Assembly (NCBI GenBank): GCA_965657945.1
Contig: CBFHPW010000002.1
Location: 99,818-163,817 of the forward strand
Length of the DNA: 64,000 nucleotides
Direction: 5' to 3'
Source: Flavobacteriales bacterium
GTDB lineage: Bacteria; Bacteroidota; Bacteroidia; Flavobacteriales_D; CAJJDF01
Both the position numbers and the translations under genes were made by a program. Below, one piece after another: positions 49,701-56,010 of the stretch. The notes under the pieces were generated by a model. That model was not told the origin of the DNA, ran no database searches, and was given only the letters and a program-made list of their open reading frames with translations. Position 1 is the stretch's first letter. The number at the start of each line of letters is the position of its first letter.

Positions 49701-49869
49701 CTCCACTAGAAGCTGCGTTATAAGCAGCTGTGAAGGATCTCTTCGCGGTCGAAGGTGATAATCCGTTATTAGAATCGTTCCCTGTAGAACTGTTCGCGTA
49801 ATAAGTTGTTTGGGCTTGACTCAAAACCGAAATAAATCCAACAAGAAGAGATAAAGATAAATGTTTCAT
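40723..49869 (-). CDS. Giant (3048 aa) cell-surface protein: beta-helix + split-domain super-repeats + HYR/Ig-like array + T9SS type-B C-terminal domain
   Basis: Signal peptide MKHLSLSLLVGFISVLSQAQ. Parallel-beta-helix turns (NNCIIENN, NDCIIRNN, NRCTFNNN, LTNNTIAYN) at nt ~48545-49810. Two CDSYTW modules at 48245-48525. About 23 domains of the form ...DNC...D.SGN..SC...VTV.D..P. The C-terminus IPQFISPNGDGKNDFWD...IFNRYGTLVF...NGTYFYVI (nt 40726-41030) matches the gliding-motility-associated / type-B sorting domain. Confidence 0.9.
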   Translation of the reverse strand: MKHLSLSLLVGFISVLSQAQTTYYANSSTGNDSNNGLSPSTAKRSFTAAYNAASSGDTVALSGTFDWTDAQETGDAAITGFSLLKALTIVGDGAGLTFIQSAPTPGTADRCVFTINHDITLEHLTIRNGFNTNQEKNAGGITVLDQTRNNIVTLNNCIIENNEIDNGVTTNYYFAGGIYLRGNTSFHPDLRLNDCIIRNNSATGKAYGAGGLYSLQGNYVTINRCTFNNNSSTDGNEFGVGYHNVAGGMGFFRSNTVHVTNSTFTANSSETSGGAILSWYNQTVLTNNTIAYNSVSSASGKGGGVYVVYMQQGPGKLYLKNNIIAQNTVNGGPADIDFNTDSWASNIIDNGSNIIETYAGSSITPSGTGTITGTQANLNLSSSLALNGATSGVLTLALSAGSVAIDAGFTGSNGSVTVPGNDQRGFFNNGAKDIGAFEFNALTTPATYSTDIQTACDSYTWIDGNTYTSDNDTATFTLTNAAGFDSIVTLDLTILASTTGTDIQTACDSYTWINGVTYTSSNNTATDTLTNGVGCDSIVTLNLTLNNSNTDTILPMITCVDTTVYVSAAGTVSIDTSDIVTSTWDNCTIDSVWLSHTSATCANDSINVTAYIQDRGGNIDSAIAVVYLIDTFAPTLVAHDTSLYVDATGNIAFDTSAVLKSVTENCTLDSVWMSATSATCANDSVNVTVYAVDLSGNTDSASATITVLDTINPTITCVDTTVYLDSNGSVSIDTSFVQNGFTDNCGVESLWMSGALRYPANATISYDSTNTATFARNIYYNPSNGDTSFVGNTFVVDYNSELTVFKFHVERLNGGSAPINLTIYSDSTLSTALVSTAYTVTNTGLVSIPLTGIQLSSGRYAFMIEPTSMADLQVRELSYSSSQNTSGLRWYSSSAWSTPLTLTPSNTTLLAYGFESNVLEVQSKDYICSNSNEQVTVYVRDNSGNIDSCIANVTVSDTIVPNIAVQNATVYVSAAGTVSFDTSDIVTSTWDNCTIDSVWLSHTSATCANDSIEVTAYIQDGSGNIDSAIAFVYLIDTFAPIILTHDTTLYLDATGNIVFDTSAVLTSVTENCTIDSVWMSATTASCANDSVNITVYAVDLSGNMDSATATVTVLDTINPTIACVDTTVYLDSNGLAYLDTSFIQNGFADNCGVDSVWSPLLSTSSFGQPSIFGFSYFDINSNQFAGQTFELTSYIKINSVEVNFTSVSSGSFRMVIYQDSGLNAIDSTEIAISSIGNKVFPFSNLNLTSGRYSWVIKPLNSGGSRIKVMARISNSISAFFRYTNGNPDNYLSSRTYDAYFLINYPNPTFNCSNSNEQVTVYVRDNSGNIDSCVANVTVRDSIVPNIAVQNATVYVSAAGTVSFDTSDIVTSTWDNCTVDSVWLSHTSATCANDSIEVTAYIQDGSGNIDSAMARVYVLDTLLPILVAHDTTLYLDASGNVAFDTSAVLTSVTENCTLDSVWMSATSASCANDSVNVTVYAVDLSGNMDSASATITVLDTINPTILCVDTTFYIDSLGVARVPVISLQDGYADNCGVDSVWTNLGSFLTTAIDTTYFFSQSSGVYSNLTSAISLNNGNTWDDPELEIPLGFNFNFYGNTLDSLIITGYGAELGLTSNQITPVIVPLGVDLIDRGSENGLSLSPISYKTTGVAGNRITKIEWKNAGFYHGDTDDDDVYEDYVNLQLWIYENGNKIEFHYGPTVLNDFIASYDGENGPWGVGISSLFDYDGYDYKGKSQILSGNPLSPTVEFLDDGDGLAYMSGIIPNGTIYRFTPISLSDTLLFSCGQSSPIPLYIRDNSGNMDSCVANVTVLDTIAPAITVTDTMVYLAANGQFDFDTSFVVTSTWDNCTVDSVWMNVDSALCSDVNGTTGFINVTTTIRDGSGNTSSATSRVVVLDTISPIVNLANDTVYLNSMGTASTSLSIIENGSTDNCGIATIALSDSAFSCANIGMNTVTVTVTDNSGNVSSADATVLVVDSVNPIVVCQPTTAYLDATGNARIVASDINNGSSDNCNNITLSASQTAFTCADLGVNSVTLTVTDANGNVDSCVTTVTVIDLTPPVASCRPDTIYLNASGVATLAASDIDNSSSDNCSVSLSLSQTTFNCSSIGANTVTLTVRDAQGLTSTCTTTVTVLDTLAPTMVCQSVTVNLDASGNAIITTSDVNNGSSDNCGMTMSLSNTTFDCTNIGTNTVTLVGIDGSGNVDSCTAVVTVVDATAPVVICKPATIYLDSSGNATLTIADVDNGSSDNCGMTLSLSNTAFTCADLGTNTVTLIGTDGNGNSDTCTATVTVVDNTPPVMPPYLSGGAFDIYLDSTGKAPILPYSFALGTSGLPGPAFDNCDGLSITISKNYVYCSDIGIDTMVITATDFSGNTTVGLVAFDIQDTLSPVMNCQPVTVNLDALGVATITTMDVDNGSTDNCDFTLSLSQTTFTCADLGTNMVTLTGTDASGNTSTCTAVVTVVDAINPIALCKSATIYLDSNGVARLVASDIDNGSSDICGVTLSITDTLFTCSDAGANNVTLTATDVAGNTSTCVAVVTVLDTIAPVAICKADTLYLNASGTASLTAAMINDGSSDNCTFTMSVSQSTYTCTDLGTSMAMLTVTDASGNTSTCTSAITVLDTLAPIMSCAPATIYLDAMGMATLTASEVDGGSSDNCGIVTMSVSRSTFTCADIGTTTVTLTGVDASGNRSTCTTTLTILDTLAPVVLCKSTTIALDATGNATITTIDVDNGSSDNCGITLSLSNSTFNCTQVGVNTVTLTGVDASGNTASCTATVTVVDNLAPTAVCQNITISLDANGQATIVASDVDGGSFDNCAVSSVNVDKTDFDCSNVGRNQVTLTVTDLYGNVSSCVATVTVEDNVAPVVFCPADKNRTVRNTTCTYVVEDFAWESSNTDNCIVNGTTTEQFPAAGTEVSAVNGRVTITIVTTDASMNADSCTFDVIVNCEQELDIPQFISPNGDGKNDFWDLAELGNYPQNVVKIFNRYGTLVFEQRGYTNEFIGKSNVDDMARKAMGNGMLPNGTYFYVIDLGTNTVDKKVYNGYVQINK
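41040..44421 (-). repeat. Array of 14 tandem ~79-aa (~240-nt) HYR/Ig-like domain repeats inside the giant gene
   Basis: Units follow P-x-x-x-C-x-P-x-T-x-Y-L-D-x-x-G-N-A...DNGSSDNC...F-x-C-x-x-x-G-x-N-T-V-T-L-T-x-x-D-x-S-G-N-x-x-x-C-T-x-x-V-T-V-x-D. The last unit (CPADKNRTV...DSCTFDVIVNC) is closest to a canonical HYR domain. Confidence 0.85.
44422..48213 (-). repeat. Three super-repeats (about 406, 383 and 480 aa), each two intact Ig/HYR-like domains plus a third one split by an inserted domain
   Basis: The marker ACAGTTCCTGCTGCTGATACATACAC recurs at 48155, 46937 and 45788, giving spacings of 1218 and 1149 nt. Long near-identical DNA blocks are shared between units. Inserts lie at about 47100-47615, 45950-46400 and 44535-45250. 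Confidence 0.85.
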
Positions 49870-49938
49870 TTTAATTGTTTTAATTTGTTGCGAAAATAAG
49901 GATTTTATTTTAACTGAAAATGAAGAGTAATTAAATTT

Positions 49939-50254
49939 TTAGTTTGTCTCTAAGTAATTCTGCTCGCAGACTGGCGAATTGAAGACAACGGCACCATTTA
50001 TTGTTACCTCTAAATTGGCTGCTAGAATAGAAAAGAAATTGGTTGTTGTAGTGCCATACCTTCCCATGTAAATGAGCACTTTTTTAAATGAAAGGTCTTC
50101 CCGCCCCATTGAAAAAATAGGTTGAAGTGAACTTAATGTCGTTTATTTCACCTGTTCTGTTGTTTGAGACAGTAATAGAACCATTTCCTGAAGCATTCAA
50201 TGAAAAGAGATTTAACAACGATACTAGGACAAAAACAAACTGTTTTTTCTCCAA
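49939..50254 (-). pseudogene. Possible frameshifted small secreted-protein gene just upstream of the giant gene
   Basis: The first ORF (TTG at 50254 to TAA at 50084) reads (M)EKKQFVFVLVSLLNLFSLNASGNGSITVSNNRTGEINDIKFTSTYFFNGAGRPFI*. In the +1 frame, protein-like sequence continues as EDLSFKKVLIYMGRYGTTTTNFFSILAANLEVTINGAVVFNSPVCEQNYLETN* (stop at 49939). The switch falls near T6, G4 and A6 homopolymers at ~50085-50115. Local GC is higher than in the surrounding spacer. Confidence 0.3.
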
Positions 50255-50377
50255 TTAATTTTTACCCTTTTCTTTTGACAAACGATGTTTTTTATGATAT
50301 AAATTATTAAAAAATAGAACTCTACATAAATTAACACAAAAGAACGATTCTTTCGACCACTATTATCGATGTACGAA

Positions 50378-50728
50378 GTAATATTGTTGTAAACAATCAA
50401 AGAAAAAGACCTAAAACATTGCATTAAAATCAATTAATAAAAACATCTTATTCATACTATTGATTAGTAACAAATTAAGTTCAAAATAATCAGTAGGTTC
50501 TTTACATAAAACAATCAAATCAAGATTCTATACGTAATATTGTAGTAATTTTTAACAGTTGATATTTCATACTAATTTTTTATTCAGTAAATTAAACGGT
50601 TTTGAGCTAAAACAAAACCCTATAAGTATTTTCTACTATGTAGTACAAAAGAAGTGTTTTGTGTTATTAGTAAACTTCCTTCCTTAAAAACATTTGTACA
50701 ACCAATGAATAAGTAGTAATATTGTAGT
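50378..50728 (+). repeat. Three dispersed copies of GTAATATTGTWGT in the AT-rich control region
   Basis: Copies at 50378-50390 (GTAATATTGTTGT), 50534-50546 and 50716-50728 (both GTAATATTGTAGT), all in the same orientation. Copy 1 overlaps the perfect 6-3-6 palindrome ATTGTTgtaAACAAT (50383-50397). Copy 3 ends 18 nt before the regulator ATG. Its TAATATTG resembles the Bacteroidota -7 box TAnnTTTG. Confidence 0.4.
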
Positions 50729-50746
50729 TAAATAAAGCTGCATACT

Positions 50747-52534
50747 ATGGAAATAAACTACAATTTACTTTATGAACTTTCCAATTCTTCTGGGGACGCC
50801 TTTCAAGTGGCAGATGAAAGTGGCAGACTCATCTTTATCAATGACGAAGCTTCTCAACGCTTGGGCATAAAAAAAGAAGATGCTTCCAATTATTATGTTC
50901 CTGATTTTGAAAAGACTTTTGGAGAACGAAATAGTTTAAAATGGCAAGCGCATGTTCAGGAATTGAAAGAAAAAAAAATCATTCATGTAGACGGTGTTAA
51001 TGTCAACAAAATAACAGGCGAGAAATTTCCTGTTGAGGTGTTGGTTCGGTACAAAGAAATAGATGGAAAAACTTATATAATTGCCACATCTCGGGATATT
51101 TCAGAACGGGCAAAACTTTATTCTGAGATTACCAATCAACAAAATACAATTACTACTTTATACAACACTTTTCAGCGGTTTATGGTTTCAATAGACTACA
51201 AAACAGAAGCTGATTTAGGACTGGATCGAGTAGTGGATTTTTTAAACTTTGATGTGATGAGTATTTACTTTTTTAGTCAAAAGAAAAATACCTTCATCAA
51301 AGACTATCAATACAATCGCTACGAAGAAAAGTTTCCCGATTTGATCGTACCTAAAGATGTTAGTTTTAATGAGTTTTATGGAATTTACTCGAAAATAAAG
51401 GAGGGTTCACCCCTGTTGCTCGAAGCATTTGACCCGCTTGTACAACAGATGACGTACAAATTAAACTCTAACAGAATTTGTTACTTTTTACCATTAATAG
51501 ACAACCTAAACTTTATCGGTTTTGTAAGAGTAGACGAAACAATAAATGAGGATGGCACTTATGAAAACAGATTGGAGAAGTACAAAAATTACAGTCGTAT
51601 CATAAACAACTCAATGAGTTTACAAAAACGAAATATCGAGCTTGCAAAAAACAACAGACTTTTTACTAATCTCTACGAATCTATTGATGATGTATTTTTT
51701 ATCTATGACCTGATTAAAGACCGATATAAATTTATCAGTCCTTCTTGCAAACAAGTGCTTGGACTTAAACAAGAGCTATTTTACGAAAAGGAAATTTTAA
51801 ATGAACCGCACGTTGTGGAAGAGGATAGAGGACTTTTCAAACAGGAGTGTAATACCCTTAAAAAGAAAGAGTTTAACTCTTATGAATACCGAATAAAACT
51901 AAGCAACGGGCAGACCCGAAATATTTTAAAAAAAATGTATCCTGTTCGCAATAAAAACGGAAGCCTGATAGAGATAACTGGTTTGTGTATGGATATTACG
52001 GAAAAGAAACAAAACGAAAAAAAGATTAAAATTTCAAATGAAATAATCAAATCGAAAAACAAAGAATTAGAAGAGAAAAATAAAAAAATTGAAGAACTAC
52101 TGAGGCAACAAGAAACAGACTTGTATTTAAAAACTATTAAGCTGACCAATATTAACAGCATCCTCACCAAAACAAAAAATGAATTGGATTCTCTACTTTC
52201 AGAATATGACAACAAAGGAAAACAATATGTAAAAAAAATAGCAAAACAAATTGAAGATATCTTGAATAGCGGAAACAACAATTGGCAAGAAATACAAATA
52301 GAATTTGAAAAAATAAGACCTCGATTCTTTAAATCATTAAGCGTGAATTTCCCGAATCTGACCCCAAACGACCTGAAACATTGCTACTACATTGTTACTG
52401 GATTAAGTAGTTCGGAAGTATCTGAATTGATAAATCTCGCTGTTCGATCGGTAGAAACGAGTAGATATCGAATCAAAAGAAAATTGAAATTACCTCGGGA
52501 AGTGTCCTTATTTGACTTCTTAAATAGGTATTAG
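50747..52534 (+). CDS. PAS-domain / LuxR-type helix-turn-helix transcriptional regulator
   Basis: PAS-like segments (SGDAFQVADESGRLIFINDEASQRLG; IDDVFFIYDLIKDRYKFISPSCKQVLG...EYRIKLSNGQTRNI), a K/E-rich coiled coil, and a C-terminal GerE/LuxR HTH LTPNDLKHCYYIVTGLSSSEVSELINLAVRSVETSRYRIKRKL (nt ~52358-52492). Confidence 0.75.
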   Translation: MEINYNLLYELSNSSGDAFQVADESGRLIFINDEASQRLGIKKEDASNYYVPDFEKTFGERNSLKWQAHVQELKEKKIIHVDGVNVNKITGEKFPVEVLVRYKEIDGKTYIIATSRDISERAKLYSEITNQQNTITTLYNTFQRFMVSIDYKTEADLGLDRVVDFLNFDVMSIYFFSQKKNTFIKDYQYNRYEEKFPDLIVPKDVSFNEFYGIYSKIKEGSPLLLEAFDPLVQQMTYKLNSNRICYFLPLIDNLNFIGFVRVDETINEDGTYENRLEKYKNYSRIINNSMSLQKRNIELAKNNRLFTNLYESIDDVFFIYDLIKDRYKFISPSCKQVLGLKQELFYEKEILNEPHVVEEDRGLFKQECNTLKKKEFNSYEYRIKLSNGQTRNILKKMYPVRNKNGSLIEITGLCMDITEKKQNEKKIKISNEIIKSKNKELEEKNKKIEELLRQQETDLYLKTIKLTNINSILTKTKNELDSLLSEYDNKGKQYVKKIAKQIEDILNSGNNNWQEIQIEFEKIRPRFFKSLSVNFPNLTPNDLKHCYYIVTGLSSSEVSELINLAVRSVETSRYRIKRKLKLPREVSLFDFLNRY

Positions 52535-52552
52535 TAATCGAACTCAAAAAGG

Positions 52553-52600
52553 CGGTTCCTTTCTCGAAGCTTAGGCTGAGAATTGGAATCGTTTTTTTTT
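52553..52600 (+). terminator. Candidate terminator after the PAS-LuxR gene
   Basis: CGGTTCC (52553-52559) pairs with GGAATCG (52585-52591, one G-U pair), followed by T9. The large loop lowers confidence. Confidence 0.4.
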
Positions 52601-52650
52601 CTATTAATTCAAAAAGAAGTACCTTTCCAACTATAAAAAATCCTTAAACT

Positions 52651-53466
52651 ATGTCAGTACATAAAGACGTAAAAAAAGTTACCACACACGTTTTACAAGA
52701 AATGAAGGCGAATGGAGAAAAAATCTCGATGCTCACAGCGTATGACTTCTCTTTGGCAAGAATCGTTGATGATGCCGGAATTGACGTGATCTTAGTTGGC
52801 GATTCAGCTTCCAATGTAATGGCTGGTCATGAAACTACTTTACCCATTACCTTGGATCAGATGATCTATCACGCTTCTTCTGTGATTCGGGCAATCGACA
52901 GGGCTTTGGTTGTGGTGGACTTGCCATTTGGCTCATACCAAGGAAACTCAAAAAGCGCTCTTGATTCTGCCATACGAATCATGAAAGAATCGGGTGCACA
53001 TGCTGTAAAATTAGAGGGAGGATCGGAGGTTATCGAATCTATTTCAAGAATTCTTTCGGCAGGAATTCCAGTAATGGGTCACTTAGGGTTGACTCCGCAA
53101 TCAATTTATAAATTTGGAACTTACACAGTTCGAGCGAAAGAAGAAGAGGAAGCAAAAAAACTCATTGAAGACGCCAAACTGTTGGAGGAAAAAGGATGTT
53201 TTTCAATTGTGTTGGAAAAAATTCCAGCCAAATTAGCTACGCGAGTTGCCCAAGAAGTTTCCGTGCCAATTATAGGAATTGGCGCAGGGGCTGGAGTTGA
53301 TGGTCAAGTACTTGTGTTACATGATATGCTTGGTATTAACAATGAATTTAAACCTCGGTTTCTAAGAAAATATAACAATTTGTACGAACAAATAAAAGAT
53401 TCTATCTCTCACTACATAAAAGATGTGAGATCCAAAGATTTTCCGAACGAGAAAGAGCAATATTAA
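52651..53466 (+). CDS. panB: 3-methyl-2-oxobutanoate hydroxymethyltransferase
   Basis: MLTAYD...LVGDS...GHLGLTPQS and VLE..P motifs. Confidence 0.95.
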   Translation: MSVHKDVKKVTTHVLQEMKANGEKISMLTAYDFSLARIVDDAGIDVILVGDSASNVMAGHETTLPITLDQMIYHASSVIRAIDRALVVVDLPFGSYQGNSKSALDSAIRIMKESGAHAVKLEGGSEVIESISRILSAGIPVMGHLGLTPQSIYKFGTYTVRAKEEEEAKKLIEDAKLLEEKGCFSIVLEKIPAKLATRVAQEVSVPIIGIGAGAGVDGQVLVLHDMLGINNEFKPRFLRKYNNLYEQIKDSISHYIKDVRSKDFPNEKEQY

Positions 53467-53478
53467 ACACCATGTAGC

Positions 53479-55221
53479 ATGAATTCACTCCATAAAATCG
53501 CCCTTGTTTTATTGGTCCTTTTGGGAATTGTTTCGTGTATTAAATCGGTTTACGAACCCGATATTTGGTGGCAAATTGCAACAGGAAATTGGATATTAGA
53601 AAATGGAAAAGTTCCAACTACCGATATCTTTTCCTACACGTATGCGGGAGATCCTTGGATAAATGTGAAATGGGGAAGCGAAGTAGTCATGGCACTTTTC
53701 ACCAACAGTTTTGGGGTGGAGTTACTCCCTATTATTCAAATGTTGGTTCTCTTAATTATGTTGTTCGTTCTTTACAAGACCTCTTTATTATTGATAAATA
53801 AAACCTTCTCAAAAGAAATAATCCGAATAGCATTTGGGGTAGTGAGTGTGCTATTTTTATTTCTAGTAAACTATCGATTGAATAGCAGACCAGAGATGTT
53901 CTCCCATTTGTTTACCACGGTACTTTTGTACCTACTTATTCGTTTCTACAAAACAAATTCTCCTTTTATTTTTTGGCTTATTCCACTCCAAATTTTATGG
54001 GTAAATATGCACGAAGCATTCGGAGTGGGTATGGTAGTCTCAGTTTTGTTTACTCTTGTCCTTTGGTTTGAACACCTATTTTTACACAGAAAATACGCTG
54101 TGGGATTTTCACATCCGCCTATTAAACTATCCCTTGCAACCTTAATTTCCATTTTGTCTGTAAGTATAAATCCTCAAGGAATAAAGATGATTCTTCACCC
54201 ATTCAATATTCTCGGCCAACTAAATGAAAATAAATACACGGAAGAATTAATTTCCTACAATACAGAAGGATACTGGCAATATCAATCAATTATAATGGTA
54301 ATTTTAACCGCCATATTGTTGGGGTATATGCTTAAAAAAGGAAAAGGAACTCTTCTTACAAAACCCTCTTCACTATTCGGACTTGCCCCTACTCTAGTAA
54401 TTTTTTCATTTTTGTATTTATCACTCACCAGTTTCCGAAACATCCCTTTCTTTTTGATTGCCTTATTTCCTGTTTTGGTTTGGGTTGTCGGTTCTATTAT
54501 TTCGTCTTTCGGCACTCTTAACTCGTGGAATTTCTCCCTCATTGCAAGCCAGGTGGTATTTTACATCGTCTTAGTGAACGGAACATTTTATTCTATTTTG
54601 CTTCCGCAAGAAAAATATGGACTTCAAGTTCGGGCAGAAATGAATCCAATTGGCGTTTCCAACTTTATGATAAAACATAACATACAAGGAAAGGGATTTG
54701 TCGATTATCTATCTAGCTCTTATCTTCTTTACAAAAACCCTGGTTTTAAGTCCTACATCGATTTACGAGATCTAGATGTATTTCCAACAAATTTCTTTGA
54801 CAACGTATTTTTTATTTATCAAAACCCTTCAACTCCCATTCAAGGCGGTGGAACACCTTGGAGTTTTGCCGATAGCGTTGATCAATTTAATTATGTTGTA
54901 ACGCTCAACAATCCTCAGTTTAAGCAATTCAATCAATTTCTTTTTCACGAAAATCCAGCATTTGAATTAATCTATGCCGATAACCTAAATTCACTGTTTA
55001 TTCGAAAAACTGAGGAAAACAAAAACCTTTTTCACCAGTTCGGATTTAAACCTAACAGAGCAATTTTTAGACAAACTTCATTGCCAAAAACGAACACCCT
55101 AGCCAATTCAATTTCACGACTTTTCAAGTGGAACTATCAACCCGAAAAGGCGAGAGATTTTGCTACCCAATCTCAAAGCAACACTTATTACAACTACTTA
55201 GGAATTCAATATGTGGATTAA
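53479..55221 (+). CDS. Polytopic membrane protein of unknown function (about 12 TM helices plus a C-terminal soluble domain)
   Basis: 580-aa ORF with many hydrophobic helices. The architecture recalls membrane glycosyl/arabinosyl-transferase-like proteins, but I recognise no diagnostic motif. Confidence 0.6.
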   Translation: MNSLHKIALVLLVLLGIVSCIKSVYEPDIWWQIATGNWILENGKVPTTDIFSYTYAGDPWINVKWGSEVVMALFTNSFGVELLPIIQMLVLLIMLFVLYKTSLLLINKTFSKEIIRIAFGVVSVLFLFLVNYRLNSRPEMFSHLFTTVLLYLLIRFYKTNSPFIFWLIPLQILWVNMHEAFGVGMVVSVLFTLVLWFEHLFLHRKYAVGFSHPPIKLSLATLISILSVSINPQGIKMILHPFNILGQLNENKYTEELISYNTEGYWQYQSIIMVILTAILLGYMLKKGKGTLLTKPSSLFGLAPTLVIFSFLYLSLTSFRNIPFFLIALFPVLVWVVGSIISSFGTLNSWNFSLIASQVVFYIVLVNGTFYSILLPQEKYGLQVRAEMNPIGVSNFMIKHNIQGKGFVDYLSSSYLLYKNPGFKSYIDLRDLDVFPTNFFDNVFFIYQNPSTPIQGGGTPWSFADSVDQFNYVVTLNNPQFKQFNQFLFHENPAFELIYADNLNSLFIRKTEENKNLFHQFGFKPNRAIFRQTSLPKTNTLANSISRLFKWNYQPEKARDFATQSQSNTYYNYLGIQYVD

Positions 55222-55305
55222 TTAAGCGTTAATATGATACTTTGTTTCTAGTTTTTAAATAAATTTGTTTCTAAACTAAGTAATTGTTTAGCCTAAATTA
55301 CCAAC

Positions 55306-55584
55306 ATGACAAAGGAATTAACAAAAGACAAGACCCTCAACCTTGATTCAATATTAGAAAATCACAGCATAGTGCTTTTTAATGATGACGTAAACACTTT
55401 TGATCACGTCATAAATTCGTTGATAAAATACTGTAAACACTCTGAGATACAAGCTGAGCAATGTGCGCACATTGTTCATTACAACGGAAAATGTCTAGTT
55501 AAGACCGGAAATATCGCAAAACTAAAACCAATTTGTACTGCTTTGTTAGACAATGGGTTATCAGCTGAGATAACAAAAAACTAA
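55306..55584 (+). CDS. clpS: ATP-dependent Clp protease adaptor ClpS
   Basis: VLFNDDVNTFDHVI...LIKYCKHSEIQAEQCAHIVHYNGK matches the ClpS core. Confidence 0.9.
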   Translation: MTKELTKDKTLNLDSILENHSIVLFNDDVNTFDHVINSLIKYCKHSEIQAEQCAHIVHYNGKCLVKTGNIAKLKPICTALLDNGLSAEITKN

Positions 55585-55904
55585 CCGATAAACAAAATAA
55601 TAATCATTGCTTTTGGGCAACCATATTTGCAATTTGTTAGAAGAAAAACCCCATTATAGACCGAAGGTAAGTACAGCATTTTTTTTTAGTAAGTCAATCT
55701 GTTCCCTATCCAAATACCACAAATAGGAATTACGTTGTGCCTATAGAAAAAGGTTTAAAACAAAGAGAGCAAAAACCACATGAAATTCTAAGCACATCTC
55801 AAAGTGATGAGGTAATAATAACTGAGATTCAAGAATAATTAATCGAAATGGAGGCAACTGGAGAAATTAATACCTCAAAAAAAAAAGTTTTCATTCAATA
55901 ATAC

Positions 55905-55912
55905 TATATTTG
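55905..55912 (+). promoter_or_regulatory. Bacteroidota-type -7 promoter box for tRNA-Arg
   Basis: TATATTTG matches the TAnnTTTG consensus exactly and ends 12 nt before the mature tRNA 5' end. Confidence 0.45.
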
Positions 55913-55923
55913 CTACCGCAAAG

Positions 55924-55997
55924 GGCCTCGTAGCATAACTGAATAGTGCACCACATTACGGCTGTGGAGGTTACAGGTTTGAATCCTGTCGAGGTCA
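55924..55997 (+). tRNA. tRNA-Arg (anticodon ACG)
   Basis: Hand-folded cloverleaf. Acceptor GGCCTCG/CGAGGTC (one G-U pair), D stem GCAT/GTGC, anticodon stem CCACA/TGTGG with loop TTACGGC, variable loop AGGTT, T arm ACAGG-TTTGAAT-CCTGT, discriminator A. 74 nt with no encoded CCA. Confidence 0.85.
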
Positions 55998-56010
55998 CAA
56001 AACAACCTAA

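Noticed and set aside
40723-49869. Higher GC in the giant gene than in its neighbours, as evidence for horizontal transfer.
   Set aside because: The sampled difference is about 45% versus about 38% in housekeeping genes. The T/S/A/G/V-rich amino-acid composition of the repeats explains it. There are no flanking tRNA, integrase or direct repeats.
50224-50433. 69-aa minus-strand ORF in the AT-rich spacer (MILMQCFRSFSLIVYNNITSYIDN...).
   Set aside because: Its composition (I/N/K/F/Y-rich) simply mirrors AT-rich DNA, and it has no recognisable features. It also overlaps the start of the more protein-like signal-peptide ORF in another frame.
55585-55904. A 320-bp ORF-free gap between clpS and tRNA-Arg, as a possible small RNA.
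   Set aside because: I could identify no convincing stable secondary structure, no conserved motif and no terminator within it. It cannot be assessed without RNA-seq or covariance models.
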